Assembly: GCF_006345805.1 (NCBI RefSeq)
Contig: NC_043008.1
Span: 42,594,001-42,658,000, forward strand
From: Octopus sinensis
Lineage: Eukaryota
Reading direction: 5' to 3'
Length of the DNA stretch: 64,000 nt
Shown: positions 39,667 to 55,247 of the stretch, piece by piece
How positions within the stretch are numbered: the first letter of the stretch is position 1
Layout: the number at the start of each line of letters is the position of its first letter
Position numbers and translations under genes: made by a program
The notes under the pieces: model-generated
The model's input: only the letters and a program-made list of their open reading frames with translations
Database searches by the model: none
Told to the model about the DNA's origin: nothing

Positions 39667-39855
39667 GTTGTTGTTGTTGTTGTTGTTGTTGTTATTGTTG
39701 TTGTTGTTTCACTTTGTCACAGGTTTTGTTGAAGCTCCTGGAGTCCTTGTTTTACTTCTCACAACACTCGGTATTGTTTGTTCAGATATGTTCTGTGAGA
39801 GCGGACAGCAGCCTAATGTCAGAGGTAAGCAAGTTTGTATTGCAATATATCACCT
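39568..39855 (-). mobile_element. (AAC)n(AAT)n(AAG)n tail (39568-39710) preceded on the minus strand by a probable retroelement 3' end (39711-39855)
   Basis: Unique sequence ends abruptly in the trinucleotide array; family not identified. Confidence 0.4.
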
Positions 39856-41228
39856 TTTTTATCTTCTTTTCCTCTGCTTTATGATCGCTTACAGGTTCAC
39901 TTCTCCCACGTTAATACTGGTCATATATTACGACCAAATATTTTACGTAAATTCTATTTTCGTTAAGGTTCAAGCCAAACATTTTCAATCGATAGAAACA
40001 TTCTGTTCTGAAGTATATTTGACAAACTTCAATCCTCAGAGTTAAAAGTGAATTATAAAGAGACCATATTGGAGCCAACATGTCTTTTATCCATCCAGAT
40101 TTTTCCCATTATTAACGGCAAATAATTGTCATTCAAGTAAAAAGAAATAGCCTAAAATATGAATGAACGCTGCAGCCATTGCGCTACGTGAGGTTTAAAT
40201 AATTCTATGCACTAAACCGTAATGGCTGCCAGCAGGTTTGTATGTCGTCTGCTTTTGATTTCTTTCTATTTTACTCTATTCAAATTGTCATTTTCTCTCA
40301 AACCATTTCAGGTGCTGTATTTATTTTATTTTATAATTTCTCTTCGGTATCAAGCATTGTATTATATTGATTTTTTCATTTCTTTTATCAGAAACTGCGA
40401 GGTAGTTCTAAGTTGTGAAATAAATAACCAAACGAAACAAACTGCGTTCCACATTGTCCATCATTTGTACAGCTTGAAAATGTGTCTCGGTTTGTGTGGA
40501 AGTCACTTACGAAGGCCCGGACGGAATATATATTACAAGATGGAAATAAACTCTTCATTATGCTGACTTGTATCGTACTGACGCCTTTCGAAAAGTTTCA
40601 AATGTCACTCAGTAAAATTTTCCTAAGTGTTCCATCAGATACGAAAGTGAGATTGAAGTATGTAGTCAAAGGAGAGCAAATAGCAGTTGAGATTTCATTA
40701 ATATTGACATACTAGAAGAATAGATGAACGAATAGGAGTAGTAAATAAATAGTAGGAAATTTGCAAACCCAGCAGATATAACGATCTGTATCTTCAAGTA
40801 GAGGTTAATAATTTATACTAAAAGGAACGATAATTGCCAGAGAGCAACCGTTTTCGATCTGTTCATATTATATAAGGATCAACTGCTAAACGCTGTAATA
40901 GTTTAAATTTTTGAAAAAAGAAAATCCCCATTCACTTGACATGCATATATATTTTTGTGTGTGCATGTGTATATATATATATATATACATACACAACGAC
41001 CTCGAACCCACAAGAGTAAAAAAGAGAGACAGAGACAGGCAGAAACAAGGAAAATGCCACTTGTATTTGAATACAATGCAAATATTCTTTAAAAAAGCTT
41101 TTCATTTAATTTTTCCAAAATTTTATTTTTTTCAATACTTACAGTTGAAAAAGTCTCAATGACAGAAAGCAGTACTGAAATATTTTTTATAAGATTATTT
41201 TAGCATTTTCTACCTTGACTTTTCTTCC

Positions 41229-41286
<58 letters not shown>

Positions 41287-41443
41287 TAAACTGCTGATGA
41301 CCTAACAGGTCACAGGTAATGTCTAAACTTCCTAGCAATGGGGTTTTATTTCGTGGATTTTTTTCTTTTCCAGGTTATTTCGCTTCTTTCAACGAATGTG
41401 ACATGGAGATCACGCGTAAACGACTCCTTTCCCCAGAAATGGA

Positions 41444-41560
41444 AAGATTTGGCTGCTATTTCTTGCACGCCCTGCTATCACGTAGCAGATATTTCAGGTC
41501 CGTTATCGCAAATAGCTGTTATGTGGGAGAAGGATGTGCTAGAAATAGCAGCCAAATCTT
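41444..41560. repeat. Hairpin element, 25-bp arms (24/25 match)
   Basis: aagatttggctgctatttcttgcac (41444-41468) / gtgctagaaatagcagccaaatctt (41536-41560). Confidence 0.75.
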
Positions 41561-43732
41561 CCGCGGTGAGATACGTTGAATGCACGCGGAAAAAGACCTG
41601 TGGAAAAAATTAATTTCACACCGAGATACGAACGGGTCTTTTACGAAATATTTACTGTATTTGTAAAAATCATTTTCACTTTAAAATATTTTTTAAATAT
41701 GCCCCCAAAATTTTTTGCAATGGTATTTCATTACAAATAACTTTTTAAAAAACATTAAAAAAAGCAATAAAGAAAGCTAAAATATAAATACTTACTGTAC
41801 AAACAACATACGTTTTTGAAATCACATTCACTTAAAAATATTTCTAAATGATTAAAATATTGTGTTTAATAAAAGTGAAAACAGAAACATTTACTGTAAA
41901 AACAAATCGTATTTTTCCCTCGTCCAATATGTCTAATCGAAATATTTTCCCATTATCCATCGTTTCGGGTATTTAGTCCCCGTAAACCCCTAATATTTCA
42001 ACAATCACTTCACCGATTTACGAACGAGGAAAAGGAGTAGATGTACCTGTTTCAGAAAGTAGATCGAGATGGTAGAGCTTAAATTTTGAATATTTGTCTT
42101 TGAATCTGGTTTTGGATGCACTTCCGTTCTCCTAATCAAAGCGATTGTGTTTCATTTTAAACTTTAAACCATTCATTGTCGTATCTACACGAGGATAGGA
42201 ACTGGCGGAGTATTGGTCAGTTCTTGTGAGCAAGTCCCAACTGGTCCAGCTTCTCTCTTTCTTGGCTTGTTTCTCTTTGATAATCCGTGGATTATCAAAG
42301 ATACAGAAGATGAGTATTAACACAATTCCACATTTTTGCTTTAGTTTGGTGATTGTTGAAAGAAAATGGATGCTATATTCGGGAGTTCTGCTATAGAAAC
42401 CATGTCCAGAGTTTTCTTTTAACTAAATGCAAGGTTCAACACAACGGTATCAGACAATAATATAGAAAATAATTATTATTGTAAACGATTCAATGAGGGT
42501 TTCTCTGTCTCATCTCACTGCCTGCTAATCAGAATCCCCGAATCATAAACAATTGGTGTAAGAATTTCGTTAATCTGCAAAAGAAAATCTGAATAATCAG
42601 CTTTGGTACATTTTTCATTCTACATCTGGTCCATCAGGTATGAGCGAAGGCTACACACCTCCACGACGACGACGAAGATGACCACCACCACCTTCACCAT
42701 CAACAACGACAATGACTGCATAACTGTTTCTTATCTACTTATTTTATAATTTTAAATTGGGGCAGAAAAAGAGAGAGGAAGAAGTGTAAATAACCGTGTA
42801 AAATGAGATACTTATGTAGATTTATCTGGTCGATATTCATTTCGGAGATGCCGCAGAGTGTTGGACGAAATAAGCATGTGAACGGAAAGCGAAAGAAATG
42901 TCTAGAAAAGAGTGAACGGAAGAAGGATTTACGGGAATCGCTTCGTCTGAAGTCTAGACACTTCAATAGGAGAAAACGAATTATATCGAATACGCAAAAT
43001 GCTAAAGAATAAAGTTTAAATATGTGTCTGTTCACTGTTGAATAATCTGATAGACTCTGTACATATACATACGCCGCAGAGTGGGTGTAGGTTACTGCAG
43101 ATAGAAATTTCCTTTATTCTGAAAAATCTATTACTTTGGGCGTTTCATTCACCCTTAAATAATATATGAAAAGAAAATATCGAGTCTCGCTACTCATAGA
43201 GAATGACAACAATTTGAAATATATAAATGAAACAAATAGAATTCACGAAAGAAAAAAAACAGTCTTTTTCTGATAAACTCAACGAATATAATTCGAATTA
43301 TCGTTAAAAATCTGCTTCCAAAATATGGACTCTCAGAGAATGCTATGACATTTTCAAAATGGAATAAAAATGACGCAGCTGTTTCCCCGAATCGAAGATC
43401 GATACCTCCACTGCCTTATTAGATATTTTATTGAAAATTCCAGATTAATAAAAACGTTATTATTGAATACATTTATACCATTCTTTAATATACATTTATG
43501 AATTATTCCTGTATATATATCGTTGTGTGTGTGTGTATGTGTGTGTGTATACACGTATGTATATTTAAAATATATTTTCAGTAAATATACTCGAGTGTGT
43601 GCACGAATACATACGCAGACACACTTACACATACACATACCGGAATACGCACGCATCCACATACATGCACATAGTTGTATGAACATACGCACAAACACGA
43701 ATACGTACACAAACATACACACACACGCACAC

Positions 43733-43779
<47 letters not shown>

Positions 43780-44325
43780 TGTGTGTGTGTGTATTCATAA
43801 TTTATTCCTCAAAATATGCGTAGGTTAATAATACGTGCATACGCACGAATATGCATGCATATATGCATATGTTGAGCGCGCATATATATATATATACATT
43901 TATCTCTTTACTTTCTCTTTCTGTTTGCATATATATATATATGTAAATTTATATAAATATATACATATACATGCGTATGTGTGTGTATATATGTGTACGT
44001 GTGTGTGTATGTTTGTGTGTGTTCATGGAATTTCGTTAAATATATTGATTAAATAATGGAATGGTTTCTAAATGTTAGAAATTATATTTTTGGAACATAT
44101 ACTCTAGCTATTTCGTTCGAATCACTGAAATGTATAACATTTCTATAGATATCCAATACACTTGCGGTTGAACAGCGTAACCTTTATTGATTATAAGCAT
44201 TGCAGATCGAAGGGATTTTAACGATCTCCAACGACGATGGTCACATAAATATCATAGCGTACATTTATAAAATGCGATATGCATGTAATACATATGCGTA
44301 CGCGCGCATACACAGATACATACAG

Positions 44326-45717
<1,392 letters not shown>

Positions 45718-45718
45718 G

Positions 45719-45825
<107 letters not shown>

Positions 45826-45914
45826 GTATATATATATATATATGTACGAAATAACCGGAGATAGAAAAACATGTGTAGGGATTATCGGTTTAACACGATG
45901 AAATATACATACAT

Positions 45915-46035
45915 AGATATGTATTTATCATGTGGCGGAGCAGACTATCAGATGATGCAATATACTGCTTATCTCAATGCATTTTGCATAGCTTTAGCTT
46001 CCGAATGTGGCCATCCCGCTGGCTATACGACTAGG
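45915..46035 (-). repeat. Diverged copy of the 4956-5076 repeat
   Basis: Reverse complement reads tagccagcgggatggc...gctaaag...gcatcatctgatagtctg. Confidence 0.55.
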
Positions 46036-46324
46036 GCAACATTATCACCTGATCGAAAGAATATTCCGTCGCATGGTTACCCATTGATTTCGGAATGGAT
46101 TGGAGAAACGTGAATGAAGTATATTTTTTCACAAGAGCACATCATGCAGTTGGTCTGGAAAGCGAAACATCGTTTACCAGCTCGTGAAACCAACATGTCT
46201 AAGCATTAAACCGCGTGTGCGTGTGTATGGGTGTGTGTTCGCGCGCGCGCATGTGTATGTGGGTATATAGACCGATAGAGTAAGATAGATATGCACGCAT
46301 ATATGAAATAATAAATTGAGAGCT

Positions 46325-46598
46325 TATATATACATACATGCATACATACATACATACAAACATGCATGCATACGTACATACATACATACATACATACATT
46401 CATACATGCATACATACATATATATACATACATACATACATACATACATACATACATACATACATACCTACATACATACATACATACATACATTCATACA
46501 TGCATACATACATACATATATACATACATACATACATACATACATACAAACATTCATACATACATACATACATACATACATACATACATTCATACGTA
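46325..46598. repeat. Long (TACA)n microsatellite
   Basis: Read directly from the sequence. Confidence 0.95.
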
Positions 46599-47192
46599 CA
46601 TGTGTGCGTTTGTACTTGGACTTTTTGTTCTGCTTAAGAGATAAGATCTATCTTCGCCTAATGGTGTCACTTGTCTTGTTGTTCATTTGTTCCACGAAGG
46701 CGATACACTAAAAGACTGATACAGTACATTTATTTCTTCTGTTCATTACCGTTTTCTGGGCAATTCAATCAAAGCTATTCAAAAACTTTGCACTCGTGAA
46801 TGGTTTTAATTGAGGTTTTGGCTTGCATATTATACCAATCGTTTGATAAGATCGGATTCCACTCCGTACACCACTTGATGTTGGGTAACTTAGGGACAAA
46901 TCCCTAATTGTGATATCCATTAAACTCTTCGAAAATCTGCATGGGAGAATTTGTGACACAAGAATGAGGATTTCCAGTTTGAACCATGTCTGTTTTTTTT
47001 CTGAGAAATTGGATGCGGTTTGCCATGTTCCAATAAAATAACGAGCAAATAGAAAATTGATGAAAGAAACTGAGCCGGGGCAAAGGGTTTCATATTTAGG
47101 GACTCAATACCGTTAACGGCAGTGAGACCAAGAAAGTCCGATGCGGAGCTGAATTTCAGTTACTACTACTACTACTACTATTACTACTACTG

Positions 47193-47258
<66 letters not shown>

Positions 47259-47569
47259 GGCGTCATTGGAGCTTTTACACGGTTTGGTAGAAATAACGAC
47301 CCGATTTCTTTGGAAGTTTACCTCAAACTTTAAAACTGTGAATGAAGGACTTTCAGATATACTATGTCGTGAAAAAGAACAAAGAAAACTGGACTCGCAC
47401 GGTTGTTACACGACTCAGTATAAATTTGGAAAATAACAACTACAACAACTACTGACCATACTCATAATGCTGATGATGTTGATGAGGATAATACGAAAAT
47501 CGAGAAGGAGGATGTTGCTGCTGCTACTTCTGCTGCTGCTGCTTCTGCTGCTGCTGCTACTGCGTCTGC

Positions 47570-47601
<32 letters not shown>

Positions 47602-47661
47602 ATGACACCTTTGTTAATGGTTGCTTCGTATGATGTCACACAAACGTGGCCTCCATTCTAG

Positions 47662-47867
47662 AAATCGAATCGGAGGGAAATATGCAGAACCTTTTCCCTA
47701 GCAGCAGATTCTTCAAAAAACCTCCTCGTACAGATGAGAGTGGTGAATCAGGAAACAACGGATTAATTCTACCTTCGGAAAGAAGGGACAGTTTAGCCCA
47801 GCAGATTTCTACAAATTTTATGTCTTTCAAATGTGAGCCACAACACATCGAGGAACTCAGAGCTATG
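47662..47867 (+). CDS. Candidate coding exon of an unidentified + strand gene
   Basis: cctccattctag| ... ATG|gtaaaa; non-repetitive open frame IESEGNMQNLFPSSRFFKKPPRTDESGESGNNGLILPSERRDSLAQQISTNFMSFKCEPQHIEELRAM. Confidence 0.4.
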
Positions 47868-48305
47868 GTAAAATAATTTTGAAATTGAACCTGAAACGAT
47901 TCTGTTCATAAGGAATGTCGTCATCGATTGAAATCGTGGTACCCGCCATTCTTGCCAATCATACTATTACATTCTGTAAATCATCGATTCATCCTGGTTT
48001 TCTGAAGAAGACCGTGAACGTTCCTTATATATGATAAATAATAATATAATACATTATTTCGCGAAAAATATCTTTTATCTTCTATCTGTAAGTCGATAAG
48101 AAAACAGAGCAAATTAGCGGAACAGAAGTTATGCTTTACCATTATAAGAGAATTTAAGCTTTCTATTAATGAGGTTCGAAATTGAACCAAACAAGAAATC
48201 ATTTTGGCATCAATCATCGTTACTTTTGACTAATCTTAAGGCATTTGAAAAGAAGCCAAAATAATTGCCTGCACATAATCCCTACTTACCGAAAAGGTGA
48301 AAATT

Positions 48306-48726
48306 TCAAAGGTGTTTTGTTAGCGAATGTAAATCAAGATGTTTCGGTACGTGTCTAGATAATGCGCGCCATGCTACAGGAAGTTGTACCGATTTCGTTT
48401 TCAAATTATACAGTTTAATTACCTCTTTAAAGAATCTATAGATGCATCTAGCAAGGAGCCCAATAGCATAATAGCTATTAATGAGGATATTCAAGATAGA
48501 CATTCCGTGCTCTTTGTTATATATGAAATAGCAGCTAATTCTACAAATTAATACAAATTTTCCAGGATTGGTGACAATGATTCCTACGTATAGTAACAAT
48601 ATTAAAAACACTCCAATAATTTACTTGTTAATGTTTCCCTAATTTTCAAACCAAATTCTTTGGTCAATAGATGTCGTTTATTCATCCAAATAAAGACACC
48701 CAGAATATTAAAAATGCAATTTATAC
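48306..48726 (-). pseudogene. Hydrophobic ~140-codon frame with one frameshift, weakly class A GPCR TM1-TM3-like
   Basis: Strong acceptor atttttttcag|; GINCIFNILGVFIWMNKRHL...[frameshift]VFLILLLYVGIIVTNPGKFVLICRISCYFIY....GMSILNILINSYYAIG. Confidence 0.25.
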
Positions 48727-49178
48727 CTGAAAAAAATATTCCATATATTTACATATAAAAAAACAAGTATTGAAGAATAGACAGGAATTAGCCCCGAAAT
48801 GCTTGCAATATCACTGGCAAGAGTTCAAATATTCCCCTAGGGAAAGTTCTTTAATTAAGTATTAGTTAGGCTGGTGATTTACTTGGAGAATATTAGTGGA
48901 TATTCTATTAAAAATTTCTAACACAACTCCATTTTTCCTAGATGACGACTTTATCTTCAATCCCTTTATTCCCCCTAAAATACTTGCTTTCTTAGTTCTT
49001 ACCATTTAAATGGTTCATATAGTGACTCGTTCTGGACTTCTTCAACCAATTATTCTCATTCAGGTGTAAACATTTTCCCATATAGAAAACTCTCTTGTAT
49101 ATAGTGTAGGCTATTACCTACATATAGAGCTAAGGTGATCAAGACTAACTCTGCTTTCACTGTGGTTGGATGTAATCT

Positions 49179-49568
49179 GTGGAGGCGCAATAGCCCAGTG
49201 CTTAGGGCAGCGGACTCGCGGTCATAGGATCGCGGTTTCGATTCCCAGACCGGGCGTTGTGAGTGTTTATTGAGCGAAAACATCTAAAAAGCCCCACGAG
49301 GCTCCGGCAGGGGATGGTGGTGATCCCTGCTGTACTCTTTCACCACAACTTTCTCTCACTCTTACTTTCTGTTTCTGTTGTACCTGTATTTCAAAGGGCC
49401 GGCCTTGTCACTCTCTGTGTCACGCTGAATATCCCCGAGAACTACGTTAAGGGTACACGTGTCTGTGGAGTGCTCAGCCACTTACACGTTAATTTCACGA
49501 GCAGGCTGTTCCGTTGATTCGGATCAACTGGAACCCTTATCGTCGTAACCGACGGAGTGCTTCCATAA
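49179..49568 (+). mobile_element. Full-length young tRNA-derived SINE: head, centre X, tail P
   Basis: Box A tagcccagtgcttag and box B gtttcgattcc; 11-bp TSD ggatgtaatct at 49168-49178 and 49569-49579. Confidence 0.92.
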
Positions 49569-50292
49569 GGATGTAATCTACCATACCGGGAACCACATGC
49601 CTGGTCTTGGGAGTAAATTCTTTGTATGTCATATTTTAAAATCCTAAATGACTTAGCGACCGATTAATGTCTTTATTTCTCGCAGAAATTCTTTCTGTCC
49701 ATTTTGCTTAAATTTAGTGGACCTAGTTTAGTATTTAGTTTTTCAGGACTCTACTTTAAAGATTAGTGTCACAGTGGGATTAAATTGATGACTGATTTTA
49801 TTGTCGTATCATATTTCTCCCCAATATATAAGCAATCATGAACACTCAACTCAAATGTCCCACACATGAAATACACCGTCAGAAACATTATATGCAATAT
49901 CTATAATTAGCAACAGCCTGAAAAGCGTTGCAAGGATTCGGTTAACCAGGAAGAAATATGAATGCAAGCAAACCAAGCGCATACAATTGGACGCCACCTG
50001 ACTAGATATACATGAAGCAGAAGCATATGTCGGGCAGAGGTTTAAAAAGAATATATTGTATAAAAGACTACGATAATAGTGTGAAAGTATAATTCTCCAT
50101 CTACCTATGTACTTATATGCGTGTGTATGTGTGTGTATTTATGTATCTATATATGTGAGAGGGAGATTATGTGAGTATTGATTTCTTTAATCAGTGTAAA
50201 TCATATATATATATATACTTCAATATATATGGCCCTACATTGTTTGCATATAAGTATGTATGTATATATGTAGATATATATATATATATATA

Positions 50293-50435
50293 TTGTGAGA
50301 ATTTACAAAAACAACAAAGGACAAAGTCGGGTGTGTAAACAGCAAACATATGTATTATGTGAGAATGTATTTTACGTTTCGAGCCTACGCTCTTTTCGAC
50401 AGAAAGGGACACAGAAATAAACAGGGAGAGGAAAT
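50293..50435 (-). ncRNA. Family H1 copy with hammerhead-like motif (core about 50369-50407)
   Basis: Minus strand cccuuu|CUGUCGA|AAA|GAGC-GUAG-GCUC|GAAAC|GUA|AAA. Confidence 0.5.
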
Positions 50436-50679
50436 AGAAAAAGGTTTAGTGCACCGCGTGGCACCTTCGGCAAGTGTCTTCTACTCAAGCGATTGTATCT
50501 GAAGAAATGTGCTATGGAGCACACAGCCGTACATGCGACTATACAGTACAAACATACACACACGCACATACACACATATATATATATATATATATGTTTG
50601 TGTATATATATACTGTATATATATATATACTGTATAATAATGGGATTGTTTATAACAATATCATTTATGTATTTATGTA

Positions 50680-50728
<49 letters not shown>

Positions 50729-51326
50729 CCTGCTTCCATTTCCTGAGCGCCTATTAATGATAATACTGTAATTGTTCCATTGTTGTTGTTTTTTTTTTTT
50801 CCCGTTTGGATTAAAATTATATATATATATACATGCGTGTGTTTGTATACACATATACGCATATACATAGATATTGACATATAAATGTAGCGTGGTGTGT
50901 GTGTATGCTTATATACACCTTTCTATAGCAAGTATCAATATTTGTGTATTTGCTTTAAAGGTATTTATTGTTCCCATCTTTCAGAGAAGAACGTCAAAAT
51001 CAAAACCAATCTATGCGCGACAAACATTACACATATTTTCCAATCAAATAATTTTCCTGTGCTTCCATCGATTACATTGATTTCATAAATAGATCAAAGA
51101 GCTGCCGACAGAGAGAAAAGTACAATAACTGGGTTATTATCGTGCTAAGTCTTTGTAAGCTATATTTAAGAAGTTGCTTCATGTTTTCATAAATATGTTA
51201 TAGAGACAAACAAGTGGCACACATTCTAATCAGTTTCGAATCTGTCTATCAGTTTTCAATTATGAAATGAATGGATGTTAATTCACTGTCTCCGAATCCT
51301 GACGTTCTTCTTTGGATTTTCCGCAG

Positions 51327-51350
51327 GGGGTTGAAGGGCTAAGAATGACG
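51327..51350 (+). CDS. Candidate 24-nt microexon (GVEGLRMT)
   Basis: Strong acceptor ttcttctttggattttccgcag| and donor ACG|gtaaga; frame-preserving. Confidence 0.45.
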
Positions 51351-51554
51351 GTAAGACATACAAGATAATTTTCAGTGTGTAATTATAAGCACACACACAC
51401 GCACACACACACACACACACACGCACACACACATAGATATATATATTGTGAATCTAAACGAAGAAGAACAGTAAGAAAAGACAATAACGCGAGGACGTGG
51501 TAAAAGTACTGTATTGCGTGGTTACATTTTGATATATATGTGTATATATATATG

Positions 51555-51588
<34 letters not shown>

Positions 51589-51772
51589 TTGTACATACAG
51601 ACATTCAAAATGATACGTATTCACTCACTTATCTGTGGGTATAGACATATTTTCAGCTATTTATTGTCACTTAGGTTTATATACGAGGATATTTTTTTCT
51701 GATTTCATCTCACCTCTTACGAATGATAGAAAGCCTATATATCTAAGTAAGAATATACGAGGTGTGACTTAC

Positions 51773-51835
51773 CTGCTGTCCGTCGCAGAATAGTGGCCGT
51801 ATATGATTCATTGTTATTTGTTTCTGTAGTGATAT
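51773..51835 (-). CDS. Candidate 63-nt phase 1-1 exon ((D)ITTETNNNESYTATILRRTA(G))
   Basis: Acceptor ttttcttcttatatattatcgacag| and donor CAG|gtaagt; frame-preserving. Confidence 0.35.
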
Positions 51836-51921
51836 CTGTCGATAATATATAAGAAGAAAATCATGAGAATTTAATAAATACGAATATATATACATATGTA
51901 AAGAAACGAGTGCATGCATAG

Positions 51922-51956
<35 letters not shown>

Positions 51957-52577
51957 ATACACTTACATACACAGACTATTACAAGCATACGCACAGACAC
52001 ACACTCATTTATATATGTATATATACAAAGTATGGAGGTTTATATATATACGCGTGCACACACACACACAACACACACACACATACACACACACATATAC
52101 AAACACACACACACACACACACATGTATATATGTAACTAGTAGCACCAGTGTCTGAGAAGGTAAAAAGTCTACCCAAAATGTTTAGAAACGTCATTATAA
52201 AAGATTTTATAAAGATTTTTAATAATAATATTTTTTTCATCCTTTATACTGCAAAACTGTATTTCATGAAGACTTCCAAATAGATATGATGGACTCTTCC
52301 AAAAATATATATATATAATGGACTCTCCTGTCGTTAGACGACGTATGAGGGTGCGAAAATTTCTTACCGAACAACCATACAGGTGATTTGTTTATAGCGA
52401 TCAAATGCTTGTGAAGACATAAGCTCACTCACTCCATCAGATCGACATTACCTGTACAGGTGCAACTGGGTGCCACATGTCAGATGTAGAAATGATCGCA
52501 GGGCAATGTGAAACGAAGTGCTTTGCTCAAGAACACAACACAATTGCGAGCCCATGATCTCGCAATCGACGAATATA

Positions 52578-52663
<86 letters not shown>

Positions 52664-52859
52664 TTATCTATTTATTTATATTGATTCACACACACACACA
52701 TATATATATACGCAGTTGAGTGGACAAACGAAAGAAAGGGTGCTCAATACATTTATTGGACGTTTATTACATATACACTAGAGCGCACACATAAAAGTGT
52801 ACACATATGGAAAGGATTCAAGGCTCTGTGGCATTTACAGTTTCTCATCCACTCGATGG

Positions 52860-53025
52860 AACGCCGGTCCTTCAGATGATGACTCAATTTTGCCAGGTTG
52901 GTAGACAGGAGTTACATGAAATTATGTTTTGTACAAGTGCACAACGCAACGTTCATTCATGGAATCGAAACCAAAATTTAAAGCTCATAAGTGCAACACG
53001 TTAAACACGAAGCTACGAATCTCCA
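52860..53025 (-). mobile_element. Old degenerate tRNA-derived SINE
   Basis: Minus strand tagcttcgtgttt...ggtttcgattcc, then a decayed cttg..caa.ac...ctggcaaaattgagt centre. Confidence 0.45.
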
Positions 53026-53038
53026 TACAAACACACAG

Positions 53039-53090
<52 letters not shown>

Positions 53091-53247
53091 CACATTTATC
53101 CATCGTCTGTTATTTTTTCTTTGCAATATATATATATATGTAAATATATAAATATATATATGTGTGTGTGTGTAATAAATATATATATATATGAGTATAT
53201 ATATATATATATATAGAATGGAGAAATTATAAATATGTATATATATG

Positions 53248-53323
<76 letters not shown>

Positions 53324-54264
53324 TATTATATATATATACCAATGTATTGGCAGGTCGAGACAGCCATGTTTACACTCTACTTACTGAGCTCTGTACAACA
53401 ACACATATTTAAACCGCGCTTCTTACTAATCGTCTGCTTCCATAAATAATGGATGGGTGACGACTGTTCATTTGTTCTTATATAGAAAATCGACACGAAT
53501 CACGCTCGTACAGTTTACACTTTCTCCGCTAAGCTCGTGATTTCCAGAACAAAATATTTTCGTTCTGACGTGCTTTCTTCAAAATGTAATGGGAAAATTT
53601 TGTTTATTTTAGTGAACTGCTTGCGTCTTCACTAAAGAAATGTAATTTGCTTGTTTCAGCTGTCTCTCGGTACAGTGTCTTTAGTTTGTTATTTTAAATT
53701 CCTCTTCTATGCATTGAGAGTGTGTAGGTGTGCGTGTACGTGCGTGAGACAGCAATCTTTAACACAGAAAAGAACACACTTTCATTTCAATTTAAACAGC
53801 AATTAAGTAGTTATATATATGTAGAACTATAGCTTTGTATGGTTATATTTATCTCCAGACGTATGCTTATTGGCTTGCAACCATGTAGTTATGCTTGTTA
53901 ATGCGTATATTTTCGTGTTATATATATATATATGCGTACATAAATATTCATTTATTTGTCTATACGTGCATATCTGCGTGTTTGCTTATTATTACATGAT
54001 AAAGGTCACCTATGCTTTTGCATATTTGTGCAATTTAATTAATGGCGTGTAACTGTAACCTCCTTAGTTGTGTCTCTTCCTGCTTCACGAAGCTTGTATG
54101 TGTGTACATATGGATTTATTCACATATGTCTACATGTGTCTACGCGCGTAGACATAAATGTATGGTATATGTGCATTTACATATATCAGTGTATATGTGT
54201 GTGTGTATAAATATACATGTATATACGTATATATGCGTCTGTCAATGTGTCTATCTATTTATAA

Positions 54265-54302
<38 letters not shown>

Positions 54303-54408
54303 TATATATATTATATATATAATTATAATAATAAGGGCTTTTTGCAAAAGTGGCCAAAACACATACCGAAAATTTTAGAAATAATTATAATTAAATTAAT
54401 TATATTTC

Positions 54409-54469
<61 letters not shown>

Positions 54470-55208
54470 CTTCTTTCTAAATACGTATCCTATATCTATA
54501 GCATATCAGGTATCAATTCGCGCAGAAAAAAATTTTCTTTTCATCACATTTTTCTTTTGTTTCTCGTGCCCACGATCACACATCGCTCCATGGTGCTGCA
54601 TCTTTCCACCCACAGTATTCATAACCATGTTCCACAAATTTCAACCCTCTTCCAACATTGACTTTCCCATGGTGATCATAAAGTGTCATTAAATTTCAAT
54701 AATTTTCCCTATTTGCTCAGTAGGAATTGATAGACTACACTCCTAGTGTATTGATAGAAATTTTTATAGTATTCTGAAATTTTCTGAAATGAGGCATCTT
54801 TTTGTGACCTGGTGTTTCGAACAGTTTTTCTTTTTCTGAGTTTAATTTAACTTAACATCACATTTGTCACTCTAGATGCTCTTATTGGGGCATCTGTCTG
54901 TTGTAGAAATTGGGGCTCCTTTTTAAAGATACGTTACTCCCTTTTCTGACAAATCGGAGCTTCTATAAAACGTCTGGCTCGATAAGGATTCTTGAGATCT
55001 AATTTCCTTCCTGATTATAAGATTTTTAAATATTTGTATTTTGAGCCGTTTAGCCGGTCACTAATTTGCTCCTAATATCATTTATATGAATTTCTTAACA
55101 AGTATTTAACTTGACGCTATACTGGATATCAAACTTTACCGTTTAACATTAAGGGAAATATATAAAACAAATTGCGTGCCTCGTTTTATTAAGAATACTT
55201 GTGTATAG

Positions 55209-55247
55209 GAATCTTATGTATCCTACGTGTCACAAACTGCTGAAGAG
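55209..55247 (+). CDS. Candidate 39-nt exon (ESYVSYVSQTAEE)
   Basis: tacttgtgtatag| ... GAG|gtatgg; phase 0-0. Confidence 0.3.

Noticed and set aside
39786-39824. 39-nt exon-like segment with good AG and GTAAGC sites
   Set aside because: It lies antisense within a probable retroelement 3' end, so the splice-like signals are likely incidental
41290-41320. Canonical CUGAUGA followed by a GACCU/AGGUC hairpin
   Set aside because: The GAAA segment is absent and no stem I or III can be formed
42132-42421. 97-codon minus-strand open frame with a short hydrophobic stretch
   Set aside because: No recognisable homology, weak acceptor and no linked exons
49181-49256. tRNA-like sequence with A and B boxes (also at 13.8 and 59.1 kb)
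   Set aside because: It continues into SINE body sequence and is bounded by TSDs; no intact acceptor stem, so not a tRNA gene
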